A stretch of 64,000 bases of DNA from Schmidtea polychroa (taxonomy: Eukaryota): positions 23,126,001 through 23,190,000 of the forward strand of contig CM097885.1 of assembly GCA_044892525.1 (NCBI GenBank). The letters are read 5' to 3'. Position 1 is the first letter of the stretch, and each line of letters begins with the position of its first letter. The notes under the pieces are model-generated. The model had not been told where the DNA came from. It saw only the letters and a list, made by a program, of their open reading frames with translations, and did no database searches. The position numbers were made by a program, and so were the translations under genes. Shown here in pieces: positions 1 through 13,818 of the stretch.

Positions 1-481
1 ATTGCCGGAAACAATTAATTAAGGTTTTTTTATTGGTTTTTTAATAAAAGTTTGGTAACATTATTTGTTAGTTATATTTTTTGTTATTTTGTCATTACTT
101 TGATATTATTATCACTCAAGTTGTAATACGCAATACATACAGGCATCCCGACTGTCCCGTCACATATTTTTACAGGAGACACTGTCGGGCTCTACATATC
201 TTCTAAACATAAATTAATATGAAAGTAATAATAAACATAATATAGCAAACAACCATAGTATTAGGCAATCACTGTGTATAGCTTAAAGCTGATTTAAATC
301 TAATTTTTGAAAAATATTTAAATTTTTAGCTATAAGAAACAAGTTCATTTTAAATAATTTATTTCAAGGACACGGATTATGTTTTTATAAACTAGAAATT
401 ATTACCTCATGATGATTACTTGGATTCGTTTTAAAATTATAAAGACAAATTTTATTAATTTTTAATTTTTAATCGTCAAAA

Positions 482-680
482 TGTCCGGATAATCGACCAT
501 CCGGATAATCGACCATTCCGATAATCGACCATCCGGATAATCGACCATTCCGATAATCGATCATCCGGATAATCGACCATTCCGATAATCGACCATCCGG
601 ATAATCGACCATTCCGATAATCGACCATCCGGATAATCGACCATTCCAATAATCGACCATCCGGATAATCGAGTGTCGGA
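482..680. repeat. Tandem minisatellite, 16-17 bp unit (CCGGATAATCGACCAT / TCCGATAATCGACCAT), ~12 copies
   Basis: The unit can be read directly as a repeat; it explains the periodic 63-aa ORF at 469-660. Confidence 0.9.
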
Positions 681-2614
681 TAACCGATTGCCTACTTCAA
701 CTTTTAATGTGAAATGTAACTTAATATTTAAATTGTAATATTTTTTCTATAATACTAAAAATATTACTAATATAAGTTTTTACCTGAAAAGCAGAACGTA
801 ATTCTTCTTCTTTCGTTTTGTTATCTTTTAGCGTTGATTTAAGATATTTTGTTAATTCTGCAAAAGTCCAATTTTTATTTTTATCTAAAGACCATTAGAA
901 GTTTAAGCAATTCTTTAAGACCAAAATACTTAGGAATTCAATGTTTTCGATTAATTTTTCAACTTCCTTCAAAGTGATATGTTCTCCGAGAGAGTGCATT
1001 ATTTTCTGGAACTCGGATTTGCTTGACTCCATTGTACCATTTTCATATAATTTGAAAGCCTCTTTATAGACTTAAAGTTGGTCATTTAAAATTCAAACGA
1101 ATGAAAATGATACTTTACATTGGACCTCAAGATCTGTTAAATTCAACTCTTTGATGAGATTTTCTAGAATTTCGTCGCTATTCATTCTTTTGAGTGTAAA
1201 AATCAATGAATTGTGTAATTAAGAGTGAAAATGTCGTTTCTGGTGAGTGAGCACAGCAATAAATAAGTTCTACTTGACTTATTGCAGCAGGTGTCAGTTT
1301 CAATAATGACAGAGTGCAGAGGGGGTGATATTCTTTATTGTAATTAAGTACAGTTGATATATAAATTCTTTTAAGATTTACTCCTAGTGGTTTCCATTAT
1401 TTGGAAAGAAATTTTTTTTAAAAATTTGTGAATTATTAAAAATTAAATCAATAAAGCAAATGGAATTTTTCAGTAAATTTTACAAAGTTAAAAAATATAA
1501 AAATGTGAATGACATTCTTATAAAAAGCTAATTGTTAACTTCCGCGATCTCTTTGTTCAATTCGGAACGGTTATCTTTTTTTTTTAAACATGCACTTTAT
1601 CTCCTATCAAATAAGAGGAATATAAACCAACACCAAGTTGGTCAATCCTTGGAATAGCAGCTTCCACTTGCGGTGTTTTCATAAATACTTTAGTTTCAGA
1701 TCTTGTATTTGTAACAAAATTATTAATTACATTTATTAATATAAATTAAATTTACTGATTCATAGACATGCGAAAGAGTCATAATTAAATTCACCATAAT
1801 TATTAGAAAATAAAAAATAATTTGATAAAAATGGTGATATGGATTTTTATGTGAAAGTGCGGTAATTATAACGATGGAGAGTGATGAAAATTAAATTAAT
1901 AAATTTGTATGTGTTTATAATAACTAATTGAAATACCCAATAACATTTTTGTCCATAAAACACTTACTACGATGGACACACATATGGTATTATGTAAATA
2001 AATTAAAATTCCAAAATAAATAATTTAAATTAAAGTTCAAAAATTGTGGATGCACTCAAACAAAAGTATGTGTACGAATAAATTCTAAAATTCACAAGTC
2101 CTTGCGAATATTACATTAACCCAACGGTTTCCAACCTGGAAGGCATACACTAGCTCAAATGGAGGCACGAAAGGTTTAACAATAAACAACTAAAATATCA
2201 AAATTATTTTTACAAATAACAGAAATTTTTTTAATATCCTAAAACACTTACTTAACTATGTATAAGTTTTTTTAAAACATGTTTTATTTTCAAAAGCATA
2301 ACCATTAGGTGGCTGCTAATAAAAAAGTTAATTATTGGGGAATTAGTTCAGCTAATTCGCAATTTTGACAACCACAAATTTGACAATACCAGCTTTGTTA
2401 TACTTCTTAACATCAGATGGCGCGAATCGGACATTTAATATTCCTAATAATTAATGGTTGATAACTCAAAATAAAATATCACTTTTATTACTTGTACTTA
2501 TAGTTTTTGTTGTCGTTGACTAGTTGCTGATATCGTTGTAATTTAAAATTTGAATTTTATTATAGTTTTTAATATATATTTAATCCTAATATTATTAGTA
2601 ATAATTTTGAAATT

Positions 2615-3540
2615 ATGGACAAAGTTTTAATTGTCTATAAGAAATAATCAACTAATAATGAAGCTCACAATGCCGATAGAAGATGTAGTACCATTGGTGC
2701 GAATACAATCAACCCAGAACAAGGAAGAAGACCTCTCAAAACGAGAAAATGCGATTCATCATATTTGTTCTTAGGCTTCACAAGTGTTGCTTTTAATGGC
2801 TTAGAAAAACCAATGTGTTTGCTTTGTACAAACGTTTTAGCTGCAGATAGTATGATACTAGGGCAATTAAAAAGGCATATTGAAGCTATGTATTCTGATA
2901 ACCTAGGTAAGTCCACAGAATATTTACAAGAAAATTAGATGAGTTTAACAAACAAAAACAAGCATTAAAAAAAGTTATCCCAGTTCCATTGAATGCATTA
3001 TTAGCGTCGAAACAAGTTGCCTACAGAATCGCGAAATGTAAAAAACGGAACTCAATAGGAGTAACTTTATCTTTGCCAGCAGCTATTGATATAGTTAAAG
3101 CAATGTTCGGTGAATCATACATGAAACAGCTGAGACAAATATCACTTGCTCATAATACAGTTGGCAAAAGAATCAATGATATATCTGAAGGTCTTTGTGA
3201 TCAATTAATTTCTCAACTGCGTGATTCGAAGTCCGACATTCAAGTAGATGAGGCAAAAAATACGTTCACCTGATTGCTTATTTTTTATATGTTTCTGAAG
3301 TTAAGATACTAAAAAGGTATATTATTTTGCAAACCTATTCTTGGAAAGGCTACATTCATCGAAATTTTAAATATAATTAACACATTTTTGGCCAGAATAG
3401 CCAAAAGTGGAATAACTTTATTCGGCTCAGTACTGGTGGGGCACAGTCAATGTCAGGTTATAAAGCGAGTTTTCAAGCACTGGTTAAAAAAAAACATCTA
3501 AAGTTATTTGGATGCACTACATGCTTCACATAGCGGCTCT
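2615..3540 (+). pseudogene. Degraded hAT (Buster/ZBED5-like) transposase
   Basis: Translates with stops and frameshifts to KTRKCDSSYLFLGF...KPMCLLCTNVLAADSM..QLKRH, ALLASKQVAYRIAKCKK..SIG.TL.LPAAIDIV..MFG, HNTVGKRINDIS and IQVDEA, the Buster-type motifs. A TIR-like CAACGGTTTCCAACCT lies near 2122. Confidence 0.8.
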
Positions 3541-3807
3541 TCAAATAGATGGGATAAATTAGTAATTTGAATTATTTCATTGCAATATTATAAATTGGAA
3601 ACATATTTTAAATATTGAAAATCAATAAATAAATTTACAATTTAATTATATAACCGAAAATTCTAAACAATTAATCATTTCAAAAATTTATTATATAACA
3701 TTAATTCATTGTTTTAAGTTGATTTGTTTGAATTGTTGTATTATGATTTTTACATTTAAACCGCCAATTGATATTACGTTTAATTTTTTGTCTTCATTAT
3801 ACGAAAA

Positions 3808-6800
3808 ATGAGTTCCGGTAATAGTGCAGTCAATGCTTTGAAAAGTAAAATGCAAAATCTCAAAGCAGAGATAGACGAATTAAAGTCCAAAATTGAGGAA
3901 AAAGACAAATTACTCCAAGAAGAAGTACATAAAAAATCTACTGTAAAATTTCGATTTATATCTGTTATTTTGGTTTTTTAAGTAAATTATTTAAGATCGA
4001 TCAAGAAAATGAGACATTGGGTAAAAAAATCAGGGAACTCGAATCACAAACTGATGAGTTGGATGAGAAATTATCGATGTCTACAATTGAGTTAGAAGAA
4101 GTCAGCAAACGTGCCGATATCAATGAAAGGTTTAATAAATTATTTATATTGGATATTTTTAATTTTGACTTACTTCCAGAACTCGCAGAGGATTAGAAAG
4201 TAGGAAACAAAACAATGATAGTAAAATCTGTAAATTAGAAAGTCAATTACAAGAAGCATTAAATTTGAAAGCTGCCGCGAATAAAAAATATGATGAAGTA
4301 TGAACTTGAAATTTTGTTATGTAATCAATTCTAGCAATCAATATTAGATATCAAAAGCTTTAAAAGATAGTGAAATGAAATTAGCTGAAGCCGAAGACAG
4401 ATCAGAAGCAGCTACAAAGTAATTCGTTATAAAATTTCAATATTGATTTTTTTTTAATTTATATGATACTTTATTAAATAAGTTGTAACGCATTTTGTAA
4501 AGAAAATATTGATAAGTTTATGTTAATGGCTGCTATTCAACACATTAGATTGTATTTTAATGGTGCGTTATTGATTATGTACACAAACCGTATTAAATGT
4601 CATGCAGAGTAATTATAAAAATTCACTTTTGATTGAATCGACTTTAATTATCCAAAATTCAACTATAATTTTAAATTTGATTTTCAAATAATATAGATTA
4701 TTTATGAAATAAATTTTAAATAGCTGAAAATATAAAATTTTATTATAAGAACTTTTTTCAATTTTTACCGCTGATTTCTTTTCAATTGATATTGTGTTTA
4801 TTAAAAACTTGACTATGAATTTTACTTTTTAATTTGTTATTTTTTTTCATTTCAAACTTCGTATACACTAATTTTCGCATAAAATACTTTAGCACATGTG
4901 AATATTTATAATTTGTTATACAATTTGAACATCTAATGGTTTTCAGCACGTACAAAAATATCAGATGCAAGAAAAATTTTATTAATTGAAACAATAAATG
5001 TTAAGTATTGTTAATTTTATCAATTGCTAACTTATGATCAAACTCCTCGTGTTCTCAATAAGGATAAGGAACTTAACACAATAAATTTTATTTGTACTAC
5101 AAAATCACAGTTGGGTCCGATTTTCACTGACAAAACAAAAAAAATTTCGGTTGATTCTGGAAGCATGTAGATCTTAATGAAACCGTTTCAAGTTAAATGA
5201 ATCTAATTTGACTTCTGAAGGAAATTCCTCTATGGTACTTGAACACTGCTTTTGGCTTATATAGGGCTCTCTCTTTGTCGATCATTCACAAATTAACTGA
5301 AAAAAATTAAAATAATTTTACTTTAACTTCACAAGCTGCAACAATGCCTGTCAAGCTCGAGAATTTTGTTTTTTAATTATATAGATTTGTTTTTATCAAT
5401 TAATTAATTGGTTTATATATCTTAATTACCATTATCTAGAAACTTTTAATAGAGTTAAAATTATTATATATATCTTTTCATTTTGTTACCCTTTCCCTGT
5501 AAAAAATATTAATTTTTTTTACATTTTTTAATGCATTGTACACAATTTCTTGTGCATTTTTTTGTATGACTAACAACAGAAATCGATTAAACGAATTTCA
5601 GAAAATTTTTATTAATTGACAATCTTTATTTAGAAAAACTATTTTGTGTAATGAAGTTTCCTATAATCTTTTTCGTCGTAATTTTGAGGATATAACTGAT
5701 TTAGTAACTTTTCGAGATAATTCGGAAAGTTCATCTAGTGTATCCAATGTTTCGTTGAATTACTTATTCCTTTCTTTCGAATAATAATTGAACAATTTCG
5801 CAACCATATAAGAAATGAAATTCATTTTTTTTTCGAATCAATCTTTCATAGTTCTTAGTCAGAAAGATTAATTTTTTACACTTCTCGAATATATTCTATC
5901 TTTAATCTGATTTTGGGAATATGCTAAGTGTATTCAAACCATTCAACACACTTAAACAATCGTCAGTGTACCACATAAATACGCTACAATTTATACAATC
6001 TCCTAATACATCATTTGCCGAGTTTGTGTATTTTATTATTTACAGGGCCGTAACACGGGTGGTGCGACCGGTGCAGTCGCACAGGGCGCACATCTGAAAG
6101 GGCGAAAATTGGAATGTAACATTTTTTTGATGTTACCAAAAAATAACAAAATATAAATAAAAGAAATTATCAAATGGCCTGCAAAACGACACCCTAGCTA
6201 GCCTATCTTTAACATTGCTGATTGGACTGGTCCATTGGCGTGGGTTTGTAGGTGTGTATTTTGTAAAATGTTAGTCCACAAAATGGGTTCCTGTCATTTT
6301 TTCAATTAGCAACAAAATTTTAAGAGCATTACTACCTATTATAATAGCTGGAGATGAATAAATAGTTAACAATCTTAACATGAATATTATAATTATTATA
6401 GTAGGCTGTTTTGAATTCGGGTTTTAGGGCGCCAGATATATGAACCACACAGGGCGCAATAATGCCTTGTTACGGCTCTGATTATTTAAAAATTACATAA
6501 ACTTATAGATTTGCAAAAAAATCAATTTAAAGTATTCTTCAGGAAAATGGTACGCATTTCAGTGTAACATTCTGTACATCATAGGTATATATTATTTATT
6601 CATACGTTATTTGCTGTGTTATCATATAACGTATGACATACGTTAAGTCCCAAATAAAAGAATTTCAAAGGAAAAAACAAAAAATCTAGAGTTTGAAGAT
6701 CTTAAAATCTATTTTTGTGGTAATCATTGCATACAGTTACAGTCATATAAATTTTATGTCTTTTTAATTTTAGATAATCTTTTATCTAAAAATGGGTAAT

Positions 6801-9800
6801 AAGTGCATGCATTATTAAATAAATACATTATCAAAAATTCAATTATTAAGAATAAAATTATTTCTGCCAAATAAATTTATGAGTAGAATCTTATAAAATA
6901 ATTTAATGAATGAATATTATCTTTCTCATTTATGTGTGAACCTTTTACTCTTATGCTTTCGCACTACATAAATTTTCACAAAAGAAAACTTACTGATGCG
7001 TTCTATTTATTATTGTCAATCCCACACGATTTTCCGAAATTTATAATGGACTGATTATGAGCACTGTTGTGGGATTAACTAAGTTCAATGAATGGTTGAC
7101 TTTTATAATATTGTATTGTGCATTTCCAAATTTTTTGTGATCTTTATATTTGACTAAATAAGGATCTCCAATCTATTTTACGAATTATTAAATAGCCTAA
7201 ATAATAGGAAGTATGTCATGTATTTTCTAAGAATGAGTACATTTTCACCGAATTTGTCATCATTAAATAAACAAGTTACTTTATAATTAAAAAATTATAG
7301 AAATTTATAATGTATTTTCATGGACAAAACCGCATTATGACCATTGGGACGCTTTCGTCGATTATCGGTGATTTCATGCTGTTTAAAAATTCAATTACGA
7401 ATTAAACAATTTATAGAGAACAAATTTTGTAACTTATGGTGAATGAATAGATGAAAACAATGTTTTTCTATATCGATGTAATGAATGAATGTTTGAGTGG
7501 GTGGCAAACAAATTCCATTTATTTTTTGAATAGTTGAGTTCATATTTTAGTTTTCTAATTAAATACATTTATTTTCGTTCATATAACGCGTTCATACCCT
7601 CATCTTTCCCCGTATTTTACTGTATTTAATTTAGCTTATATCAATTATTTTTTTATTTATGTGAGGGTGCGCGTCATTGCGCAAAAATACGGTAATCAAT
7701 TAAATTTAAATATGATAATATTGGTACGGTAGAAAATACAATTTTAATTCTATAATTTTGATTTAGTATCTATTAAAATTAATTTCATTCAACTTAACTG
7801 AAAGTGTTACCATTTTACAAATAATTTTAAATTGATTTAATCTTTCATTAAATCAATTAAATTAAAATATTATTCATAATTATTTGCTTTAAGATGTCAA
7901 CAAAATTTGTTTATCCGAAAAGTGTTATATGGAAGTGCGTGCACCCAGAGTCGATATTGTAATAATAAAATTAAACCGCGTATCACTTGAATCATGATTT
8001 TGTGAAATCTAATATTCCATTATATCGATTGAATATTTCAATGACATCTATCCAGTAAAACAAAAACACAGATCTAAAACATATACACGATATTTTTGAA
8101 TCAACGTAAAGTTATTTTATTAAACAGAATAAATATTTTCATTTTTATTATTAATTAATTAATCATTTAGAAACATTACGGTGTCATCTAAACAGTTTAG
8201 CCTTTTCTGTAACGATTCTCAGATTGTCTGTATGTACAGAATAAAGATAAGTATGCGCACGTGCATGTTTTGTTTTCTTCGTTTAAATATTGTTAATTTT
8301 TTACAATCTACGGTGCTAAAATAACAATCTACTAGAATTTTATCTATGTCGTTTGTTTAACAGCATAATTAAATTCTTCTCAAAATGTGTAATTGTCGTT
8401 TCGTAATTTTTTTAATCTTTTCTAGCGTTACATAATGAAAATACTTAATTTGAAACTATTCTACTTTAATAATTCGTATCCAAGAAAAACCCAAAACTAT
8501 TAGATAAATTCGGTAGAATGATTGATCTTCGAGATCAGAAATTGTATATTGATGCTAAAATATGTTGATTTTGTAATTCGTATGATGATAAGAATTTGTT
8601 TTTAAGGTTTAAGAAAAGTTCCTGAGAACTTATGGAATATTGGTAATTCGGGGCCAAAATAGTTAATTATTAAATCTTCTTGATCGGTAACTACTTTTAC
8701 ATATCGAAATTGAATTTAATTCTGTGTGAGTTATTTATGGTCCAAATGATATCCAATAACAATGAAAATTGCATTGAAGTGTTGCCCCTCAATGAACAAA
8801 ACAAGTTTGAAAATACGTTCATAGAGAGTTGATAAAATTAAACATGTTGATAAATTACAAACGAAATAATCTGTGAAAAATTCATATTCTGTATCATCCG
8901 TTCTATATTTACTATAAATTCCATTTTGAAGGCTTGATCGATGTCCTGTCGACAAATATGACAATTTCCCCTTCAAAATCATATTTTTTACCGTTTATTT
9001 TCCGCATGTATTTTATTGTAAATGTGAATTCATGTTGTTGATATTTATTCTATGTATTGTCTATTATTAAATCGTTCACAGAAATATTGAATTTCTGATA
9101 GATTTTATAATTAAGGAGATTAAAAGAAACAGATTCCGAAATGCATGGAGTATCTCACACGTTAAAATCAATGGAATTGAATGAATCAAAGGTTTAATTT
9201 ATACAAGCAATAATGATAACTATTTTCTCCTAATTTAGGCAACATTGAGAGAAGAAAATTATGAAAAGCAGATTAACAAGATTACTTTGCAACTGCAAGA
9301 TGTAAGCGATTTATATGTTAGTATTTGTATGAATTTATTATTTTATTGATAATAAATTCGCATCTAAATCAATATATATATATATATATAATTCATTTTC
9401 AGATATTTTGAAATGTTGTGTAAATTCATTTAAAACATTGTGTTCTAGAAATTGGTAAAAACGTATTGTCAGTCATGTATTGTTTCTCAGTGACTGTCAT
9501 AGGTAAATAAGTATTTTAATTTGTTCTCAAGATTGATTTCCAAAATATCAATGTAAAATTCTGATTTGATATTTTCTGTTATAAATATTTTTTATTGACA
9601 GCGTAAAGTTTTATTATCAATATATAAATAATATTGATTATTAGTACCAATATATTTGACTTTATTATTTCACTATTTTTTTAAATCAGGCACAAAAAAG
9701 ATTAGGAATCCAGGAATCTGATTACAAGCGCCAAGTGACCTTACTTGAAAACTTAGAAGGTTAGTTTTGAATAAATATTTGCTAATTTAATTTGATTTGT

Positions 9801-10604
9801 GTATGTATTTAATTAATCTCAATCATAATATAAATTAAATCAACACAAAATTAATTATATTAAAATTATTAGATCACTTTTTTTTAATACGAAATTTTTC
9901 ATTTTTTCTTTATTCTTAATTGATGTAATGTTACTCTCTTTGAAATCATTTCATATAGTATTTTTTCTAGATAAGAACTTTTGAAGAGTAATATTTCAGA
10001 TTCAGAGATGATTTTTTTGTGTTAAGACTTCCAATTCACTTTTTGTTAGAAAGCAATTTGTTAAAAGTGGAATTTTTATTTTTGAGAGAAAGTAATCGAT
10101 TAAAGTAATTCGCACTGAATTACAGAAATTAACTTCACATCATCAGTAAATAAATATTATTCTTAGATAAATATCTCTTTAATTACTGTTATTTTCTCTA
10201 CTCTTTTGGTATGATATACTAAAATTAAATGTAAAAATAATTTACCTTCAGAATATCGAGACACTTTATGATAAAACTGTATTAAGACTATTCACATTCT
10301 TGGACAGCTTTTGTTAAATTTTTCTTGACTGATTGTTTCATTTGATTCAACTCGAAACTTTTTTCTAAGACTTGTCCTGTTTTAGATCCTACCACTTCTT
10401 GCAGTCATTGACATTTTCAATCAGTATGGTAAATATATTCAACCAAATGATAAATTCGATTCTATTTAATTTTTATATTTTTAACATTTTTCAAAAAAAT
10501 ATTTTAATTATTAATATTTAGAACAAGTTGAACAGGAAAAAGAAAATCATTACAAATTGAAAAATGATTTAGAAAAAATGATGGAAGAATTTCAGAATAT
10601 CTAA
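3808..10604 (+). CDS. TPM: Short (249 aa) tropomyosin-family coiled-coil protein; exons 3808-3942, 3996-4129, 4180-4297, 4348-4418, 9116-9191, 9239-9301, 9690-9759, 10522-10604
   Basis: All eight exons have GT/AG junctions with matching phases and total 750 nt. The protein (MSSGNSAVNALKSKMQNLKAEIDELK...KLAEAEDRSEAATKRLKETDSEMHGVSHTLKSMELNESKATLREENYEKQINKITLQLQDAQKR...LEKMMEEFQNI) follows tropomyosin heptad and motif layout. Missed by the ORF track because of the introns. Confidence 0.88.
6043..6480. mobile_element. hAT-type MITE in tropomyosin intron 4
   Basis: Imperfect TIRs CAGGGCCGTAAC / GTTACGGCTCTG; perfect 8-bp TSD ATTATTTA at 6035-6042 and 6481-6488. Confidence 0.88.
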
Positions 10605-12194
10605 AATTGATTTTGCTTTTATTATTTACTATCGAAATCAGTATTATTTTGTATGATTTTATAGCATTTGTTAGTATTATTATATTTGTAATATTGTTTT
10701 GCTCAAATGTTTATCGCCATAGTATTGGTTTTATTAATTTTCATTTGATTTAATGTAAAAACAAACATTCCAGTAATTTGATTTACCTGAGTGATTTTGA
10801 AATGTTACTTCAATTATTAAATAAAAAAATTCACTACTTTGTTATAAATAAGGCGGCATAATAATAATGATATAATGAATGTCATATCCAAATATCACGA
10901 GTGGTGGTGGTTATCTTATCAGATTATCATTGCTACTGGTTACAGTAAACATTTGTTACGGATTTCTCTAGTCGTTATTTTCAACAATCCAGTAGATTTG
11001 TATATTCTAATTTTGTTTACATATTATGAAAATGCTAATTAATTATAATATATTAGTGTTTATTACATAGATTTGATGAGTAAATAAATCGATATTGAAT
11101 TGCCATATAGTAAAAACAAAAAAAATTGTCTGATAGTATATTCAATTTTTAGACAAAAAATATTTGACATTTTGTGTACATGCTTCTTTTGTAGTAGCCC
11201 TGTGTAAACATGTTAGTAGTATATTTGTGATTGTATAAATAATAATAATTGAAGCATTAAAAATATATTCAACGAATACAATTTAGTTTTCTAGATTTGA
11301 ATGGCGATTTTCGTAATCCGAAAAGCTTCGTTTCGTATTTGTTCCATAACTGAGATTGGTTGTCATAACTAAATGTAAAATCTGTAGATAAAGAAAATTT
11401 TCACGAATTAAAACAATGGATTTGTCTTTCTTTTTCAAATTTGAATTGCTAACTGATATTCCCATTGGGTGAACTTCTAACACCACTAACACAGAAATAA
11501 GTGAAGAACAAAAAAAAATCCAATTATACATCCGATATTAAAGTGAAGTGGTACGATATTTCACAAATTCTTACGATTCGAGAGTTTTCGATATATTTTG
11601 ATTTTCTTTTCATGAGTTTTAGCAACAATGAAGCCAGTTACGATAATATTTAAAAAACGTAAATTTTGTTTATCTTATCAATAATGCATTTGTAATTTTA
11701 ATTTAAATAATTAAAAAAACTTAATAATATTAAATGTGCATGTTTCTGACATTATGGTGTTATATTTTAATTAACGAATCAGATTCAGTTGTCATGATAT
11801 TATAATGATTATTGACATGACGGATTATTGTGCACAATCGGTGCATAATTGGCAGGTTGTAAATCAGATCCAACGCAGAAACAATCTTATTGTTAAATTT
11901 CATTGATAATTTATCATTTGACACTTATTTTATAATAAATTAATTATTAATGACACTTATGCAGAAAACAGATATCGAACCATTTAATGACATTTCACTT
12001 GTTATATGATGACATCTGAATTGTTAATTAAGTAAATGTGATAAATTTATAGAAATTTAAGAAATTATTGTTATCCACAAAAGATGAAATTTCTCCATGA
12101 TCTTTATATCTCATATTCGCGAAACTGAGTATTCAAGCACATTTAATATCACATTGTGATCAGCAGGAAGTATTTAGCTCGTACTGATCAAGAT

Positions 12195-13665
12195 AAAAGG
12201 CGTCCTTCGGTCGCCCACTGTTCTTTACTTCTGAAAATGTGTAGTCGAAATGAACACTACAAAAACGCCAATCAGTCCGCAGTTCCAAACATGATTAGCT
12301 AACCTGTCGGAATATGATTTTGAACTAAAATATCGGAAAGGCGAAGAACACTCAAATGCAGATGGACTATCAAGATTAAAAAGTATGGTTTGCACCCAGT
12401 GTCAAACAAGACATGAAGAAGCTAAGGAAGGAAAATCAAAGATTAGATATATATATACTATCCAAAGAACAGAAGCTATGGAAAAAGTATGGGAACAACA
12501 ACAAAAGGACATTCGGTTTCGAGAGCTGCGAGAGATATTGGAAAATGGATGTACACGGGAGAAAAAGAATTGTTTTCCTTTTAACGTAAAAAATACACAA
12601 ATTGATGGAGGATTAATAACAGTAGAAAAGAACAAAAATATCTTAATGTTAGTCCCAGAAACATTTGCAGGCCTGTTAACAACAACGCTACATGAAGAAC
12701 TATGTCACATTGGAGTTAAGAAATTATTTCATTATATGGAAAAGATATTTTATTGGCCGAAAATGCAAGAAACAATCCAACTCTGTTTACAATTTTGCGA
12801 GATCTGCGCTAAGAGAAAGATCGATCAGACAAGAACCAAGGAAACATTTATTCCTAGATATAGCTCTGAATTCCTAGAACAGATTGTTATAGATGTGGCT
12901 TACATGGAAATAAACGCCAAAAAAAAATATATGGTAGTAATGGTGGACCGTTTTAGCAAACTGATTTCTTTAACTGCAATCACAAAGCAAGACGAAGGGA
13001 CCATTTTCAAAACAATACTAAATAGTTGGATCTATCGATTTGGAAAACCAAAGAGTATTTTAACAGATAGAGGGCGAAATTTCGAAGGGAATTTCCTAAG
13101 ACAGAAGCTACAGAAACTTGGAATCAAACAGGAATTCAGTTCACCTTATCAGCACCAATCAAATGGTTTAGCCGAAAGAGCCATACAAACGATAAGAGAT
13201 CTTATTACATCAACATTGGCAGGCGGATGTGAAGAGAGAAACTGGCACGAACTTCTACCCAGAATAGAGTTCACTATAAATAGCAGTCGACAAAGTGCTA
13301 CAGGTTTATCACCATTTGAGATAATTTATGGACGGAGTGTTAACCTACACTCTAACCTGAAACAAGCAGATATATCAAGAAGCGAAAGAATCGAAGACGC
13401 GAGATTTAACTCGAGTAAAGCCGCAGACACTTGGAGAGCTTTGGATAAGACAAAGAGGAGCAATCGTGTTTTCGAGGTGGGGAGGAGGTACTCGTACGTA
13501 AAGAGCCGCAGAACAGGCACAAGGATGGTATGCAATACGATGGCCCATATAAAATCGCCAGATTTCTATCACCTCATCGAGTCGAACTACATTCACAAGA
13601 AGGAACGAAAGAAAGAAGAATCGAGTGGCTGAAGAAGTGGAAAAAGTCTTAAGAAGGGGAGAGTT
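12195..13665 (+). mobile_element. Truncated Ty3/Gypsy pol fragment (RNase H end, integrase, GPY/F tail, PPT)
   Basis: LSEYDFELKYRKGEEHSNADGLSR precedes ORF 12385-13632, which has H..LCH/CEIC and DVA, TDRG and AERA DDE motifs. YDGPYKI continues in a shifted frame, and AAGAAGGGGAGAG (PPT-like) lies near 13650. Confidence 0.9.
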
Positions 13666-13818
13666 AGATATCTTGTTGTTTGAATAATTAGGAATTTGCG
13701 GTTTGTGTGAATTAATTAAAACTTGTATTTATAAATTCTTTGATTAAATATATATTGTTAGTTTCAAGATTTTTGCTGCAAATAGAAAGATGGATCTAAA
13801 GATGGATTTAACTATTTC

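Noticed and set aside
469-660. 63-aa periodic ORF; also a possible CRISPR-like array
   Set aside because: It is a translation of a head-to-tail 16-17-bp minisatellite with no unique spacers, in eukaryotic DNA with no cas genes.
700-1250. Possible decayed Tigger/pogo transposase next to the minisatellite
   Set aside because: No motif could be read with confidence.
11283-11531. 82-aa ORF with hydrophobic N-terminus and KR site (neuropeptide precursor-like)
   Set aside because: It contains a probable 72-nt intron-like segment, and alternative phases give equally plausible peptides; I could not build a consistent gene model.
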